This document shows, one piece after another, positions 34,786 to 44,429 of a stretch of 47,078 nucleotides of DNA (position 1 is the stretch's first letter; each line of letters opens with the position of its first letter). The stretch comes from a virus (Duplodnaviria; Caudoviricetes), in the IMG/VR virus record IMGVR_UViG_3300012971_000026, positions 1-47,078 of that record. The stretch is one strand, 5' to 3'. The notes under the pieces are model-generated. The model had not been told where the DNA came from. It made no database searches and worked only from the letters and a program-made list of their open reading frames with translations. The position numbers and the translations under genes were made by a program.

Positions 34786-35889
34786 TTACAGCCCGAGAAT
34801 TCCATCCTTCTCGCAGGTGGCGCTCATGGTGATGATGTCGCCCGTGGGCGGCTTCAGGAACTTCACCGCGCAATTGATCGTGACGATGCCGTCCGCGTCG
34901 CCATTGGTGGCGGCGCTGATCACGGTACGCGGCGCGGTGATGGCCATGGCGTGCTTGTTCGGCCCCGCGCCGATCACCGCCCCGGAGAGCGTCACGGCCA
35001 GCGGGCCTTCGGTTTGGTTCATCAGGTTGTTGAACTCCGTCGATCCCTTCTGGGCGCGCGCTACGAAGTTGAGCGTCATCTCCCGATTGCCGTATTCCAT
35101 GCGCCCGCGAATCGCGTAGTTGTTCTGGGTGCCGCTGCCCGGGTAGAAGCCGCTCGGCAGCCGTACGTTGTTATTCCAGCGGAACTCCATCGAGATGAAG
35201 CTCTGCGTGGTGATGTAGTCGATGCCGTTGATGGTGATTGTCGCCGACGCCGCGTTGAGAAAATGCTCCACGGTGACGGCGGGGAACACCAGCCCCGAAG
35301 GCGTAACTACTTTGCCCGTGCCCACGCAGTTACACGTGATGCGGCAGTTGGCGCGGCCCGGGCCGGATTCCATGGTGAGCGTGAAATCGTTCACCACCAT
35401 CCCCACCAGGGCGCGGTCGACTACCGAATCGGGCGCGGCGCGGATCTGCTCGGCGAAGGTGAACGGCGGCAGGTTGATGCAATTGACGGCGGGATCGCTC
35501 GGGACCGCGTCGTATTTGTAACCCGTACCCGCTGCCGTTTTGGTGGCTTTGCCCGTGGCGAAGCAGAAGGCCCAGGCGAGGAACTCGCTGGACACGTATT
35601 TCTCAATCGCCACGGCCGTATCGATGGAAGTCGGAAACTGCTGGCTCGGGAACTCATCGCCCTTGCCGATGTCGTTGGCGTCATCCTCGGTTTGCGGCGT
35701 GACGACGGAGAGCGCTGGATTCGTCTTGGTAAGGCTCCAGATTTCGAGCGCGGTGTTTTCGGTGGGCAGATCGGGCTGCGGCTTGAAGCCGAAAGCGATC
35801 TTAGTTTCCCGGATGTTCGCGGGGCAGCTTCCCGAGCCTGTCTTGGGATCGCCCGTTTGAGTCGGCGGCGGTAGAGTGGCGGCGGCCAT
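34786..35889 (-). CDS. Major tail tube protein
   Basis: 367 aa, beta/Thr-rich, at the canonical position before the chaperones. Confidence 0.8.
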   Translation of the reverse strand: MAAATLPPPTQTGDPKTGSGSCPANIRETKIAFGFKPQPDLPTENTALEIWSLTKTNPALSVVTPQTEDDANDIGKGDEFPSQQFPTSIDTAVAIEKYVSSEFLAWAFCFATGKATKTAAGTGYKYDAVPSDPAVNCINLPPFTFAEQIRAAPDSVVDRALVGMVVNDFTLTMESGPGRANCRITCNCVGTGKVVTPSGLVFPAVTVEHFLNAASATITINGIDYITTQSFISMEFRWNNNVRLPSGFYPGSGTQNNYAIRGRMEYGNREMTLNFVARAQKGSTEFNNLMNQTEGPLAVTLSGAVIGAGPNKHAMAITAPRTVISAATNGDADGIVTINCAVKFLKPPTGDIITMSATCEKDGILGL

Positions 35890-35892
35890 AAC

Positions 35893-36345
35893 TTAGATGT
35901 CTCCTGTCTCCTTGGTTTCCGAGAGGATCTGGTAATAGTCCACGCCCTCCTCATCAGTGGGCCTGGAGATTTCCACGATGTTGGTCGGCAGCATCCCATC
36001 CAACACCGGGCAATAACGCCAGCGCTGGCCATCCCCGGGGACCGGGATGCCGTTCACGATGGCACGGATGATATCGAGCGGGCTTTCGTTGCGGAGCGCC
36101 TTCACGTAGAAGGCGTAGCGGTGGAGCCAGCCTTCCATTTCGCCCTGGGTGAGCACGCTCTCCAGCCACACCACCAGGACGCTGCCGGGTTTCATCTGAT
36201 AGATCGCGGCGGCGAGTGCGTTCATGGTGGGGTTGCGGTCGATGTAAGCAATCACCGCAGCCGGATCCACCAATAGCGGCGGCAACTCCGGGATCGCGGC
36301 CAGCGTGTCGGCGAAGGCGTTTGTCAATGCGATCAGATCAACCAA
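35893..36345 (-). CDS. Putative tail terminator / completion protein
   Basis: 150 aa directly upstream of the tail tube gene (synteny only). Confidence 0.6.
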   Translation of the reverse strand: MVDLIALTNAFADTLAAIPELPPLLVDPAAVIAYIDRNPTMNALAAAIYQMKPGSVLVVWLESVLTQGEMEGWLHRYAFYVKALRNESPLDIIRAIVNGIPVPGDGQRWRYCPVLDGMLPTNIVEISRPTDEEGVDYYQILSETKETGDI

Positions 36346-36817
36346 GCGGCACCCAGGCCTTCTGCAACCATTGGCCGTACACGCCCTGGGTTGCCTTGAA
36401 AATGGCTATCTGATCGCTGCCCGCGAAGCCGATCATTTGATCGAACTTCTGCGCCTGCTGCGCATGTTGGCGCGGCCCGCGCGCGGTGTTCTCGGCGCGG
36501 ATCTTCTGATCGTTGGCGCGGCGCAGCGTGAAGTTTTGGCTGAGTGCGCCCGTCATTTTGTTGTCGCGCGTGGGGCGCGAGACGCGGGTGTATTTCTTCT
36601 TGATGAACAGGTATTTTTTGCTGAGCGGTTTCGCCTGATTGCCCTCGGCGTTGATGGCTTGGCTCCAGCGCTTCTTCTGCTCCTTCACCATGGTTTCGCC
36701 GATCAGCGTAAGCTGCCCGTAGTCCAGGTTCGGCCCGCGCACGCGGCCCGATTTGGTTACCTTGACGTTCAGGCCGCTGCCGCCCGGTGCGGGGGTGAGC
36801 GGGGTGAGTCTAGCCAC
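36338..36817 (-). CDS. Putative neck / tail completion protein
   Basis: Basic ~159 aa (KPLSKKY...RDNKMTGAL); GTG 36817 has GGAGG at good spacing. Confidence 0.65.
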   Translation of the reverse strand: MARLTPLTPAPGGSGLNVKVTKSGRVRGPNLDYGQLTLIGETMVKEQKKRWSQAINAEGNQAKPLSKKYLFIKKKYTRVSRPTRDNKMTGALSQNFTLRRANDQKIRAENTARGPRQHAQQAQKFDQMIGFAGSDQIAIFKATQGVYGQWLQKAWVPLG

Positions 36818-37142
36818 CGTCATCCTCCTGGAGCACCACGCGCGAGAAGCCGTAGGCCGTGGCGTCGATCCGCACCGCGTTGTAGGTGACGCCGTTCGCC
36901 GAGACGCCATCGCCCAGGCGCGGCCCCTGGGGGATGTCGCTGTTGCGCACCCAGATGTTGGAATACCGCCCCGGCGAGGTTTCCTCGTCCGCAGCGCCCT
37001 CCTTCCACACCACATCGATAGTGACCGCGCCCGCCGCGTCGTGATCGGGCCAGTAGTCGACCTCGGTGCCGAACTCGGTGAGCATCGTTGCCCACAGCAT
37101 CGGCGCGTGGATTCCAATAAACGGATTGGCGGGCGCTCCCAT
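36810..37142 (-). CDS. Putative head-tail joining protein (gpFII-like)
   Basis: 110 aa from ATG 37142; P.LGD.V..NG.TY pattern; follows the capsid gene. Confidence 0.65.
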   Translation of the reverse strand: MGAPANPFIGIHAPMLWATMLTEFGTEVDYWPDHDAAGAVTIDVVWKEGAADEETSPGRYSNIWVRNSDIPQGPRLGDGVSANGVTYNAVRIDATAYGFSRVVLQEDDGG

Positions 37143-37258
37143 CTGATTTCTCGTTGCGCCCCGAGCGCCTGGGTGCGGCATTTGCGGCGACTGACGCCGC
37201 CCCCAAGCGCTGAAGCGGTTTCCCCGATTGCGAGTCCCCACTCCAACCGGAGAAGCTG

Positions 37259-38284
37259 TTACAACACCCTGGCTTTGAAGCTGGCGTTGGGACGGTAGGG
37301 CACCACGAGCGGAGCGCTCTGCATCATGACGTAGCGCACGCTCGGATCCTCTTCCGTCCAGGACTTGACGAAGTACGGCATCGCCTGCAGGCCCGCCGCC
37401 TCATCGCGGATAGCTCCGTAGGCGCGCACGCCTTCCAGCTGCGGCCCGGTGAGAATCACCGTACCCGCCGGCAGAATCGGCTTCTCCAGGCCATCGGCGG
37501 GATCGACGTACCACGCCGAGTAAACCCAGATGTTGAAGCCGTCAATCGTTCCCATGTAGGTTCCGCCCTCGTTGAGTGGCGATTCGGCCCCGAGCGTCGG
37601 GGGCTGCGCCAGGGTGCGGAACAGATTCAGGCGGGCGGTAACTTTGGCGTTGGCCGAGAATACCGTCCATACATCGGTTGTCATGATCACGTCGCGCAGG
37701 GCCGCGCCCGTCGATTGCAACAGGGACATGGACCACGTTTCGAGATCGGCGAGCGGGTTGGCGTTGGCGGCGTCGCTCCACAGAGTTCCGGCCACGATGG
37801 TATTGCCAGCGGCGCGGCCGAAATCGACAACCACCGTGGGGTATTTGTCCCCCGCGATGGTGCTCTTGCCGGTCGTCAACACCTCGCCCGCCATCACTTC
37901 CATGCGGCGATTCAACATGTCGAGTTGATCCGTCATGTCTTGCGCGATGAGCGCCCGCAGGCGCTCCATGGGATTCAGAGAACCGCCGATCTGCTCACCG
38001 GGCGAGCGCTTGAGCGGGCGGTTCATGTCGAATACCCGCTTGTCCTTGATGTAAGCGGGTTTGAAGGTGGAAGTTACCCATCCCTGGCTCTGCACGATCT
38101 GGCCTTCCACCAGCGGCGAGACGAACGGGGCGAGACGGCGCTTCCCGGCCAGCGTGTCGAAGTGAATCTCCTCGCTGGTTTCGGTTTGGATGTTCGGAAA
38201 GAAGCGCTGTACCAGGAATTGCGGCGCGACATACAAGCTGGCGACAACCGCGCTTAGAACGTCTGTTGAAAAGAGATCGGCCAT
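37259..38284 (-). CDS. Major capsid protein, lambda gpE family
   Basis: EEIHFD...LAPFVSPLVEG...FKPAYIKDK...QSAPLVVP motifs. Confidence 0.95.
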   Translation of the reverse strand: MADLFSTDVLSAVVASLYVAPQFLVQRFFPNIQTETSEEIHFDTLAGKRRLAPFVSPLVEGQIVQSQGWVTSTFKPAYIKDKRVFDMNRPLKRSPGEQIGGSLNPMERLRALIAQDMTDQLDMLNRRMEVMAGEVLTTGKSTIAGDKYPTVVVDFGRAAGNTIVAGTLWSDAANANPLADLETWSMSLLQSTGAALRDVIMTTDVWTVFSANAKVTARLNLFRTLAQPPTLGAESPLNEGGTYMGTIDGFNIWVYSAWYVDPADGLEKPILPAGTVILTGPQLEGVRAYGAIRDEAAGLQAMPYFVKSWTEEDPSVRYVMMQSAPLVVPYRPNASFKARVL

Positions 38285-38346
38285 CTTCTAGCTCCTTAGT
38301 TCCGAATCGGGACCGCCTGTCGCCTGGGCGGCCCCGCTCGGGGTGA

Positions 38347-39015
38347 TTACTTCTTGTTCGGCGGCTCGTGGTGGGGTGGCCGCGTGGGTGTCGTAGCAGT
38401 GGGCTTCGTGCCGCCGCCCGCGTGCTTCTCGTTCTCCTCCTTGGGCGGTTCGGTTTGGCCCGGTTGCACGCGCAAGGGAACCGGATGGGGATCCATCGAC
38501 GTGTCCTTGGGCGGCGCTTCGCCCTCGGTTTCGCGCGGGACCGGCCCGGTGGCGGTGATGATCTCGGGCGCGTTGGGATCCTTGACGATGGCGGTGTCGT
38601 CGGCGCGGGTGCGTTCGGTTTCGAGCGCTGCGGGTTTAACCATGTTGCCGCCCGAGACTTCCACGCTCTCCAGTTGAATCCCGGCGTCGCGCAGCGCTTC
38701 GGTAACTGCGTCGTGCGCCATGGCGGCGGGCCACACCACGCCGCTGGCGGTGAATTGGCCGCCCACGTAGATGATGCAGGAAGCATCCGCCGCGGTGGAG
38801 TCGCAATCCTCGGCGAGGATGCAGTTGCAATTGACGGCGGCGGCGGGTGCGATCACCTTGGACGTAGCCAGATCGTACGAGAGAATCGTCCCGCGTACCT
38901 TCGCGCCGACGCCGCTCTTGAGAATCGCGCCGCGCGAGATGATGTCGTCACCCAGGATGAGGGGATCGACATAGGGAAAGGGTGTGCTCGAAAAACTTGC
39001 GAGTGCTTGTGCCAT
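38347..39015 (-). CDS. Head decoration protein (gpD-like) with long Pro/Glu/Thr-rich C-terminal tail
   Basis: RGTIL...ILAED.D......IY..G.F....V.WP pattern; lies between protease and capsid genes. Confidence 0.8.
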   Translation of the reverse strand: MAQALASFSSTPFPYVDPLILGDDIISRGAILKSGVGAKVRGTILSYDLATSKVIAPAAAVNCNCILAEDCDSTAADASCIIYVGGQFTASGVVWPAAMAHDAVTEALRDAGIQLESVEVSGGNMVKPAALETERTRADDTAIVKDPNAPEIITATGPVPRETEGEAPPKDTSMDPHPVPLRVQPGQTEPPKEENEKHAGGGTKPTATTPTRPPHHEPPNKK

Positions 39016-39039
39016 CGATAATTACTCCTTTGGAACGGT

Positions 39040-39471
39040 TTACGACGGGCGCTGGAGCAGGTGGCGCTGCGGCACGTGCCGCAGGATGGCCTGCGCTTCG
39101 GCGGCTACATCGTCTTTGCTGTTGGCGTCGCCCGGGGGAACCTTTGGATTCGGAACCTGGGCCATGGCGGCGGCCAGCGGGTTAGGCGCAGCGGCAGGCG
39201 CCGTAATCGGGGCGGCGGCCAGGATCTTGCGGGCCGTCTCCACGTCCTGATCGGTTTCGAGCGCCAGCATGCGGGCCAGCGATTCACGGCCCCGGGCTTC
39301 TTCCGAGTTGATGATCGCGGCGATGCGTTGCCGCTCGCTTGCCGTGGCCGCGGGTGCGGCAGGTGCGGCAATAGCGGCAGGTGGCGGGGGCGCGGGCGCA
39401 GCTGCTGGCGGCGCGGGCGCGGGGGTGGTTACGGGTGCCGGATTCGGTGGCTCCGGTTGGTTCGGCGGCAT
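39040..39471 (-). CDS. Nested in-frame scaffolding protein (Nu3-like)
   Basis: AAGGAGGGAATC-ATG at 39471, in frame with the protease; ERQRIAAII..EEARGRE..A..LA.ET motif. Confidence 0.7.
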   Translation of the reverse strand: MPPNQPEPPNPAPVTTPAPAPPAAAPAPPPPAAIAAPAAPAATASERQRIAAIINSEEARGRESLARMLALETDQDVETARKILAAAPITAPAAAPNPLAAAMAQVPNPKVPPGDANSKDDVAAEAQAILRHVPQRHLLQRPS

Positions 39472-40365
39472 GATTCCCTCCTTGTGGGTGTTGGCTGCGG
39501 AAGTCGTAATCCGGGCCGCCGATGCCGGGGTGACGGCGTTTAAGTCGGCGATCAGCGGCTCGAAGGATCCAAGGGCGTCGGCCATTCCGGCCTCGATAGC
39601 GGCGCGCGCGGGCAGCACGCCGCCCTGGCCGAAGCGTTCGAGCACCGTGGCCGTGGTGACGTTGCGGAAGCTCGCCACACGGTCGATGAAGAGTTGCGCC
39701 AGGGCGTCCACCTGCTCCAGGATTTGAGCGCGGCCCTGCTCGGTACCGGGATCGGGACGCTTGCGGGGAGACTGGCTGCTCACGATCTCGTACCGCTTGA
39801 CGCCCTGGCGCTGCTGCGCTTCCCGGTTGTCGGTGAGGGCTGCAACCACGCCGATGGAACCAAGAAAAGCGCTTTCGTTGACGACGATGCGGCTGGCGGC
39901 GCTCGCCAGCCAGTACCCCGCGCTCGCCGATAACCCGTCCACGTAAGCAATCACCGGCTTGGTGTCGTTCGCGGCGCGGATCATGTCCGCAAGCTCGTTG
40001 ATGCCGTCCACCTGCCCGCCTGGGCTGTTGACGTTGAGCAAAATCTGGCGGACGGCGCGGGAATCGATGGCGGCCTGCAAGTCCTGCGAGAGCATCTCCA
40101 CGGAACTCGCCCCGCTCAGCGCGGTGAACAGATTGGCGTACCGGAACAGCGGCCCTTCGATAGCCAGGATCGCCGTACTGCCGCGCATGGTAACGGAGTT
40201 GCCCTCGGCGTTATCGAGCGGGCGGCCTACGCGCGACGCCACGGCTTCGAGATCGGTATCGGCGCGGTTCTGTACCACGTCCAGGATGGTTTGAAGCTCC
40301 TGGGAGCGGATCGCCCAGGGTTGATCGAACAAGAGCGAAAGCACGCGGATGGGTTCGCGCTTCAT
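39040..40365 (-). CDS. S49 family prohead protease (gpC-like)
   Basis: ATG 40365 overlaps the portal stop; LNVNSPGGQV, SASAGYWLAS and GSIGV motifs. Confidence 0.92.
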   Translation of the reverse strand: MKREPIRVLSLLFDQPWAIRSQELQTILDVVQNRADTDLEAVASRVGRPLDNAEGNSVTMRGSTAILAIEGPLFRYANLFTALSGASSVEMLSQDLQAAIDSRAVRQILLNVNSPGGQVDGINELADMIRAANDTKPVIAYVDGLSASAGYWLASAASRIVVNESAFLGSIGVVAALTDNREAQQRQGVKRYEIVSSQSPRKRPDPGTEQGRAQILEQVDALAQLFIDRVASFRNVTTATVLERFGQGGVLPARAAIEAGMADALGSFEPLIADLNAVTPASAARITTSAANTHKEGIMPPNQPEPPNPAPVTTPAPAPPAAAPAPPPPAAIAAPAAPAATASERQRIAAIINSEEARGRESLARMLALETDQDVETARKILAAAPITAPAAAPNPLAAAMAQVPNPKVPPGDANSKDDVAAEAQAILRHVPQRHLLQRPS

Positions 40366-41975
40366 GCGGCCTCCTGGCGCGCGCCCGGGGCAGCGGGCGG
40401 CGGCGCTTCTTCCTTCACCGGGGTAACCTTGGGCTGCAATAGCGGCGGCGGTTCCAGGTTCAGTTCCTTCATGCGGGCCTGCTCGATGGCGCGCTGCTCC
40501 AGCACCTCGTTCCAGTCCAGCCCCTGCTCCGCGCATTCGATTTCCAGCGTGGAGAGCATCCCCTGCATGCGCAGGATGGCGGCCTCGGCTTCCTTGGTGG
40601 GATCGATCCAGCCCCGGCCCGGGCCGATCCATTTCGCGCGCGCGTAGTATTGCTGCTGCGCGTAGTAGTCGGGCGCGTCTATCAGCCCGCTGTTCACGGC
40701 TTCTTCGAGCCACAGTTCGTAGACGGGCTGCGCCCAATGCATCGCCAACCAGGCCCGCCGCGTGATGAAGAAGCGCCACGCTTCGAGCAGGGCCGCCCTG
40801 GCGCTGGAATAGTTGGTTTTCGAGAAGTCCTTCAGGATTAGCTCGTAGGGCATCCCGACGGCGGTCCCGATCTGGCGCAGCACCGTCTCCACGAACGCGG
40901 GGAACGTCCCGGGCGGGCGCATTGGCGTAAACGGCGTGAGCTTGTCGCCCGGGTAGAGCGGGATGAAGGTGCCGCCCTCCAACTCCACGCGGTACTCGTT
41001 CTTGGCCGTCAGGTAATCTTTCGCGTTGCCGTTCATCATCTCGGCGATCCCGCCCGGATCCATGGGCGTCTCGATCACCCCGGCCACCAGGGCGTTGACG
41101 ATTGAAGATTGAAGCTCGGTGCGCTGGTAGGCGTCCAGCATCCGAAACTGTTCGATTACCGGAGCCAGAATGGGCACGCCGCGATTCTGATCCACCCGCA
41201 ATTTCTGGAAGGCGTGGATAACCCGCTTGCGGCCCCAGGTAGTCTCGGCGGGCACGCGCACCCAATTGATGGCGCTGCCGATGAACGGGGTATACACCAG
41301 GAAGGTGAGATTGTCGGGGATCTGCTGGATGTAGTAAGCGACGGGCCGCCCGTAATCGTCCAACTCGACGCCGCCGCGCAGGTTCTTGGTAAACCACAGC
41401 GTACTACCGGGGTTCACCAGCCGATCCGTATCGATCAGTTGCACGCAGGTACGGAACGGCGTGGCGGCACGCTCCAACCACATCGGCAGCGCCAGGGCTT
41501 CCCCGTTTTCGAGCACGCTGCGGAATACCAGCTGCGTCATGTCGTGGAACGACTGAACGCCGGCAGCATCGCACGATGTGCCGTCCGCCCAGGCTTTCCA
41601 CAAGCTCTCGACGTTGCGGCTCCACTCCTCGCTCCAGTTGATGTCGCGTCCCAGGGCGCGGTAATCCGGGAACGGCGACAGGCGCAGCCCGATCCCGACT
41701 ACGTTGTCATCGAGCGACTGGAAGCTGCCCGCCGCCACGCCGTTGTTTCGATCCAGATCGCGCGCGCGTGCGACCAGGGTGCCGAGATCCGGGATGACAT
41801 CGATATCGGCGGGCGCGCGCACGGGCCACCAGTTCGCCAGCTGCTTGCGGCGGAAGCTCGCCCCGCTGTAAGCGGTGTCGTAATACTGCGCCTTCACCCG
41901 GCAATTCAAGACATCGCCAGTTTTACCTGGACTCTGCTTCATTGAACGGGATGAACCTGGAACCATCACGGCCAC
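40362..41975 (-). CDS. Portal protein, lambda family
   Basis: ARARDLDRNN, RGGVELD..GRPVAY, NYSSARAALLE, WIDP.KE motifs. Confidence 0.95.
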   Translation of the reverse strand: MAVMVPGSSRSMKQSPGKTGDVLNCRVKAQYYDTAYSGASFRRKQLANWWPVRAPADIDVIPDLGTLVARARDLDRNNGVAAGSFQSLDDNVVGIGLRLSPFPDYRALGRDINWSEEWSRNVESLWKAWADGTSCDAAGVQSFHDMTQLVFRSVLENGEALALPMWLERAATPFRTCVQLIDTDRLVNPGSTLWFTKNLRGGVELDDYGRPVAYYIQQIPDNLTFLVYTPFIGSAINWVRVPAETTWGRKRVIHAFQKLRVDQNRGVPILAPVIEQFRMLDAYQRTELQSSIVNALVAGVIETPMDPGGIAEMMNGNAKDYLTAKNEYRVELEGGTFIPLYPGDKLTPFTPMRPPGTFPAFVETVLRQIGTAVGMPYELILKDFSKTNYSSARAALLEAWRFFITRRAWLAMHWAQPVYELWLEEAVNSGLIDAPDYYAQQQYYARAKWIGPGRGWIDPTKEAEAAILRMQGMLSTLEIECAEQGLDWNEVLEQRAIEQARMKELNLEPPPLLQPKVTPVKEEAPPPAAPGARQEAA

Positions 41976-42259
41976 GCCTCCACGCTGATCGGTCTACGGC
42001 GCGCGCCGTAACCCGGGGGCGGCGTTCCGCCCGCGTCGATGCACGCCGCGGCGAGTTGGTCGATTAGCCGCTGCAAGTCGGCGAGGCTGCCCTTGGAATA
42101 CTCGACGCGGCCCAATTGGGGGGTTTCGACCGAGACGACGTTCTGGCCCGCCATCATCAGGTACATCTGCGAGATGGCCTGGGCGCAGGCCGCGCACGGA
42201 TCGGTAGGCAGTACGGCGTCGCGGGTTAGCGCCTCGCGTCTCTTGCCGCAGCAACTCAT
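41966..42259 (-). CDS. Head completion protein (gpW-like)
   Basis: LM.G..VVSV.....RVEY...L.DL...I..L...RRRPI pattern; between terminase and portal. Confidence 0.75.
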   Translation of the reverse strand: MSCCGKRREALTRDAVLPTDPCAACAQAISQMYLMMAGQNVVSVETPQLGRVEYSKGSLADLQRLIDQLAAACIDAGGTPPPGYGARRRPISVEAWP

Positions 42260-42285
42260 CGGCGATGTCCTTTCTTCGGCATAAC

Positions 42286-44217
42286 CTAGTCCAGAAACGA
42301 ATCCTTGCTTCGGAACGGCTTAAACTGCGGCATGGGCTTACCGTCATCGCGCGGCTTGCGCACGGCGCTCTCGGGCGCGGCCCGCTCGATGGTGAGCGAC
42401 TCCTGGATATCGGCCCACTTGTCCTCAGTCCAGGTATCGATGCGCAGGCTGGCCGCCGCCGCGCTCGCATAAATCCGGCAGTCCAGGGCCTCGTTGCGCT
42501 CGCGGCGCTTCTCCCAGATGGTTCGCCGCAGGCCGCCGTGGGTGCGCGTCACCAGCTGCTCGGCGCAAAGCTGATCGAAATACTCCTTCGAGTATTCGGG
42601 GAAGTGGCAGAAGCCCACGGGCCATTTTTCCCCGGCTTGCAGATCGGGAACGCTGGTTTTTAGCCAGCGGTACAGTTGCTCCTTGGCGATGGAGACGTTG
42701 ACGGGCCACAAGCGCACGCCGTATTTCAGGCGGCGGCCCATCGGCCCGATCTCGATTAGCTTAGGCGTGCCGAGCATCGCCGAGACGCGGCTGTCACCCT
42801 TCACGCCCAGGACGCGGTTCGGACTCATGCGGCGAACGAAATCGTACACCGCTGACGTATTGAACCCGGTATCCACCGCCAACCGCTGGATGCGCGCGGG
42901 CTGGCCGTACACCGTGGGGAAGTCCTCATCCATGAGCGCTTCGAGCTTCTGCCACACTTCCGGCTGGTTGGTGTCGCCCTCGATCACCCGGTAATCGACG
43001 CTCCAGCTTTGCTTGTCGCGGCCCCAAGCCACGATCTCGACTTCCAGGCGCTTCAGTTGCACATCGGCGCCTGCGGTGAGCATTAGGCCGCCCTGGGGCA
43101 CGGTGCCGATCTGGTAATGCTCGCGGCGCTCGTACAGCCGATCCACTTCCGGCACTTCGCCCTCGTCCGTCCACGGCAGGCCCAGGATGGTGTTCCAAAA
43201 GACTTGGAGCTTCTCGCGATCCGTTCCGGCCTTCTCGTGCTTCTCTGCGATCTGCCCCCAACTCAGCCAGCCCACGGGCGAGTACAAGCTCGACAGGTGG
43301 AACCCCCGGATTTTCCCATCGGTGATCTGATCGGGCCGCCACTCGCCCCGGGGCAGCATCCAGTTCTTCGCGTGATCGAGGATCGAGCGCCCGCACTGCT
43401 CACACACGTAATGAGCTGCAGAGGGATTCTCCTTCGGCCAGCGCAGATTCTCGAAGCGCAGCACCTGCATGTGGACGCAGAAGGGGCACGGCACCCAGAA
43501 GCGGCACTGGTCGCTCGACTCGTAGAAGCGCTCGATGCGGCTGCGGCCGGAAACCACCGGGGTTGACGTGATCAGGATTTTGCGGCGCGCGTAGTTGGTG
43601 GTGCGCGCGATGGCCAGGTCGCACGGCTCGCCCTCGCCCTCGACATCCCCGGGGTAACCGTCCACTTCATCCAGGAACAGGTACCGGGCCGACATGGAGC
43701 GCAGGCCCTTGGCGCTGTTCGCGCCCACCAGCACCAGGATTCCTCCCGGAAATTCCTTCGCCAGCACGGTGTTACCGGAATCGCGGCTGCGGGCCTCGCG
43801 CACCAGCCCGCGCAGCGCCTCGGAATCTTCGATCAACGGGGCGATGCGCTGCTTGGAGTTGCGCTTCGCCATCTCGGTGGTGGGTTGCACGGCCATCATG
43901 GGGCCGGGGGCCATGTGGATGTTGTAGCCGATCCAATTATTCCCGGCCTCGGTTTTCCCGATCTGCGCGCCCGCCATGAGCACCACCATTTCGCAGCGCG
44001 ACTGCGGCGAAAGGGCGTCCATGACATCGCGCAGGTAGGGCGTGCGCGACGTGCGCCACGGCCCTGGCTCGGGCGAGGAGCGCGTGGTAAGCACGCGGTG
44101 TTTATCGGCCCACTCGCTTACCCGCAGGTTCGCGTCGGGCCTTGCGCCCGCCGCTGCCGCCCTGGCGTAGATCGCCGCCGCATCGAGTTCGGTGGTGAAG
44201 TCGGCGCTCGGCGTCAT
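42286..44217 (-). CDS. terL: Terminase large subunit, lambda GpA family
   Basis: VSEWAD, PGPW...RTPY, AQIGKTE (Walker A), LFLDEVD (Walker B), RNEALDC; ATG 44217 with ATGA overlap. Confidence 0.96.
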   Translation of the reverse strand: MTPSADFTTELDAAAIYARAAAAGARPDANLRVSEWADKHRVLTTRSSPEPGPWRTSRTPYLRDVMDALSPQSRCEMVVLMAGAQIGKTEAGNNWIGYNIHMAPGPMMAVQPTTEMAKRNSKQRIAPLIEDSEALRGLVREARSRDSGNTVLAKEFPGGILVLVGANSAKGLRSMSARYLFLDEVDGYPGDVEGEGEPCDLAIARTTNYARRKILITSTPVVSGRSRIERFYESSDQCRFWVPCPFCVHMQVLRFENLRWPKENPSAAHYVCEQCGRSILDHAKNWMLPRGEWRPDQITDGKIRGFHLSSLYSPVGWLSWGQIAEKHEKAGTDREKLQVFWNTILGLPWTDEGEVPEVDRLYERREHYQIGTVPQGGLMLTAGADVQLKRLEVEIVAWGRDKQSWSVDYRVIEGDTNQPEVWQKLEALMDEDFPTVYGQPARIQRLAVDTGFNTSAVYDFVRRMSPNRVLGVKGDSRVSAMLGTPKLIEIGPMGRRLKYGVRLWPVNVSIAKEQLYRWLKTSVPDLQAGEKWPVGFCHFPEYSKEYFDQLCAEQLVTRTHGGLRRTIWEKRRERNEALDCRIYASAAAASLRIDTWTEDKWADIQESLTIERAAPESAVRKPRDDGKPMPQFKPFRSKDSFLD

Positions 44218-44429
44218 CGTTTTCTCCGGGAGCGCGCGCAGGCGCCGATGTGGTTCAGCGTCTTGCCGGGCCGCTGGCAATGGGAACAGAAAAACTTGGG
44301 CGCGTGCGCGGCCATGTGGCGGATCCGCGATTCCGCCTGCCCGCGCGTTTCTCTCGGCGGCGGCGGTCCCACATCAGGCCAGCGTGTACGGATCCCGCCC
44401 TTATCCCTGGCTTGGCCGCCGATGTTCAT
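44214..44429 (-). CDS. 71-aa basic protein between terminase subunits
   Basis: ATGA overlaps at both ends; CSHC...H...C motif. Confidence 0.55.
   Translation of the reverse strand: MNIGGQARDKGGIRTRWPDVGPPPPRETRGQAESRIRHMAAHAPKFFCSHCQRPGKTLNHIGACARSRRKR

Noticed and set aside
15557-40380. Widespread C-terminal -AA degrons (exonuclease DEAAA, portal QEAA)
   Set aside because: Largely explained by GAGG RBS plus ATGA overlaps of the next gene, so not independent evidence for proteolytic control.
40366-41397. Long N-terminal extension of the 785-aa ORF 39040..41397
   Set aside because: It overlaps the portal gene in another frame and is Arg-rich noise; the protease starts at ATG 40365 with an ATGA overlap and RBS.
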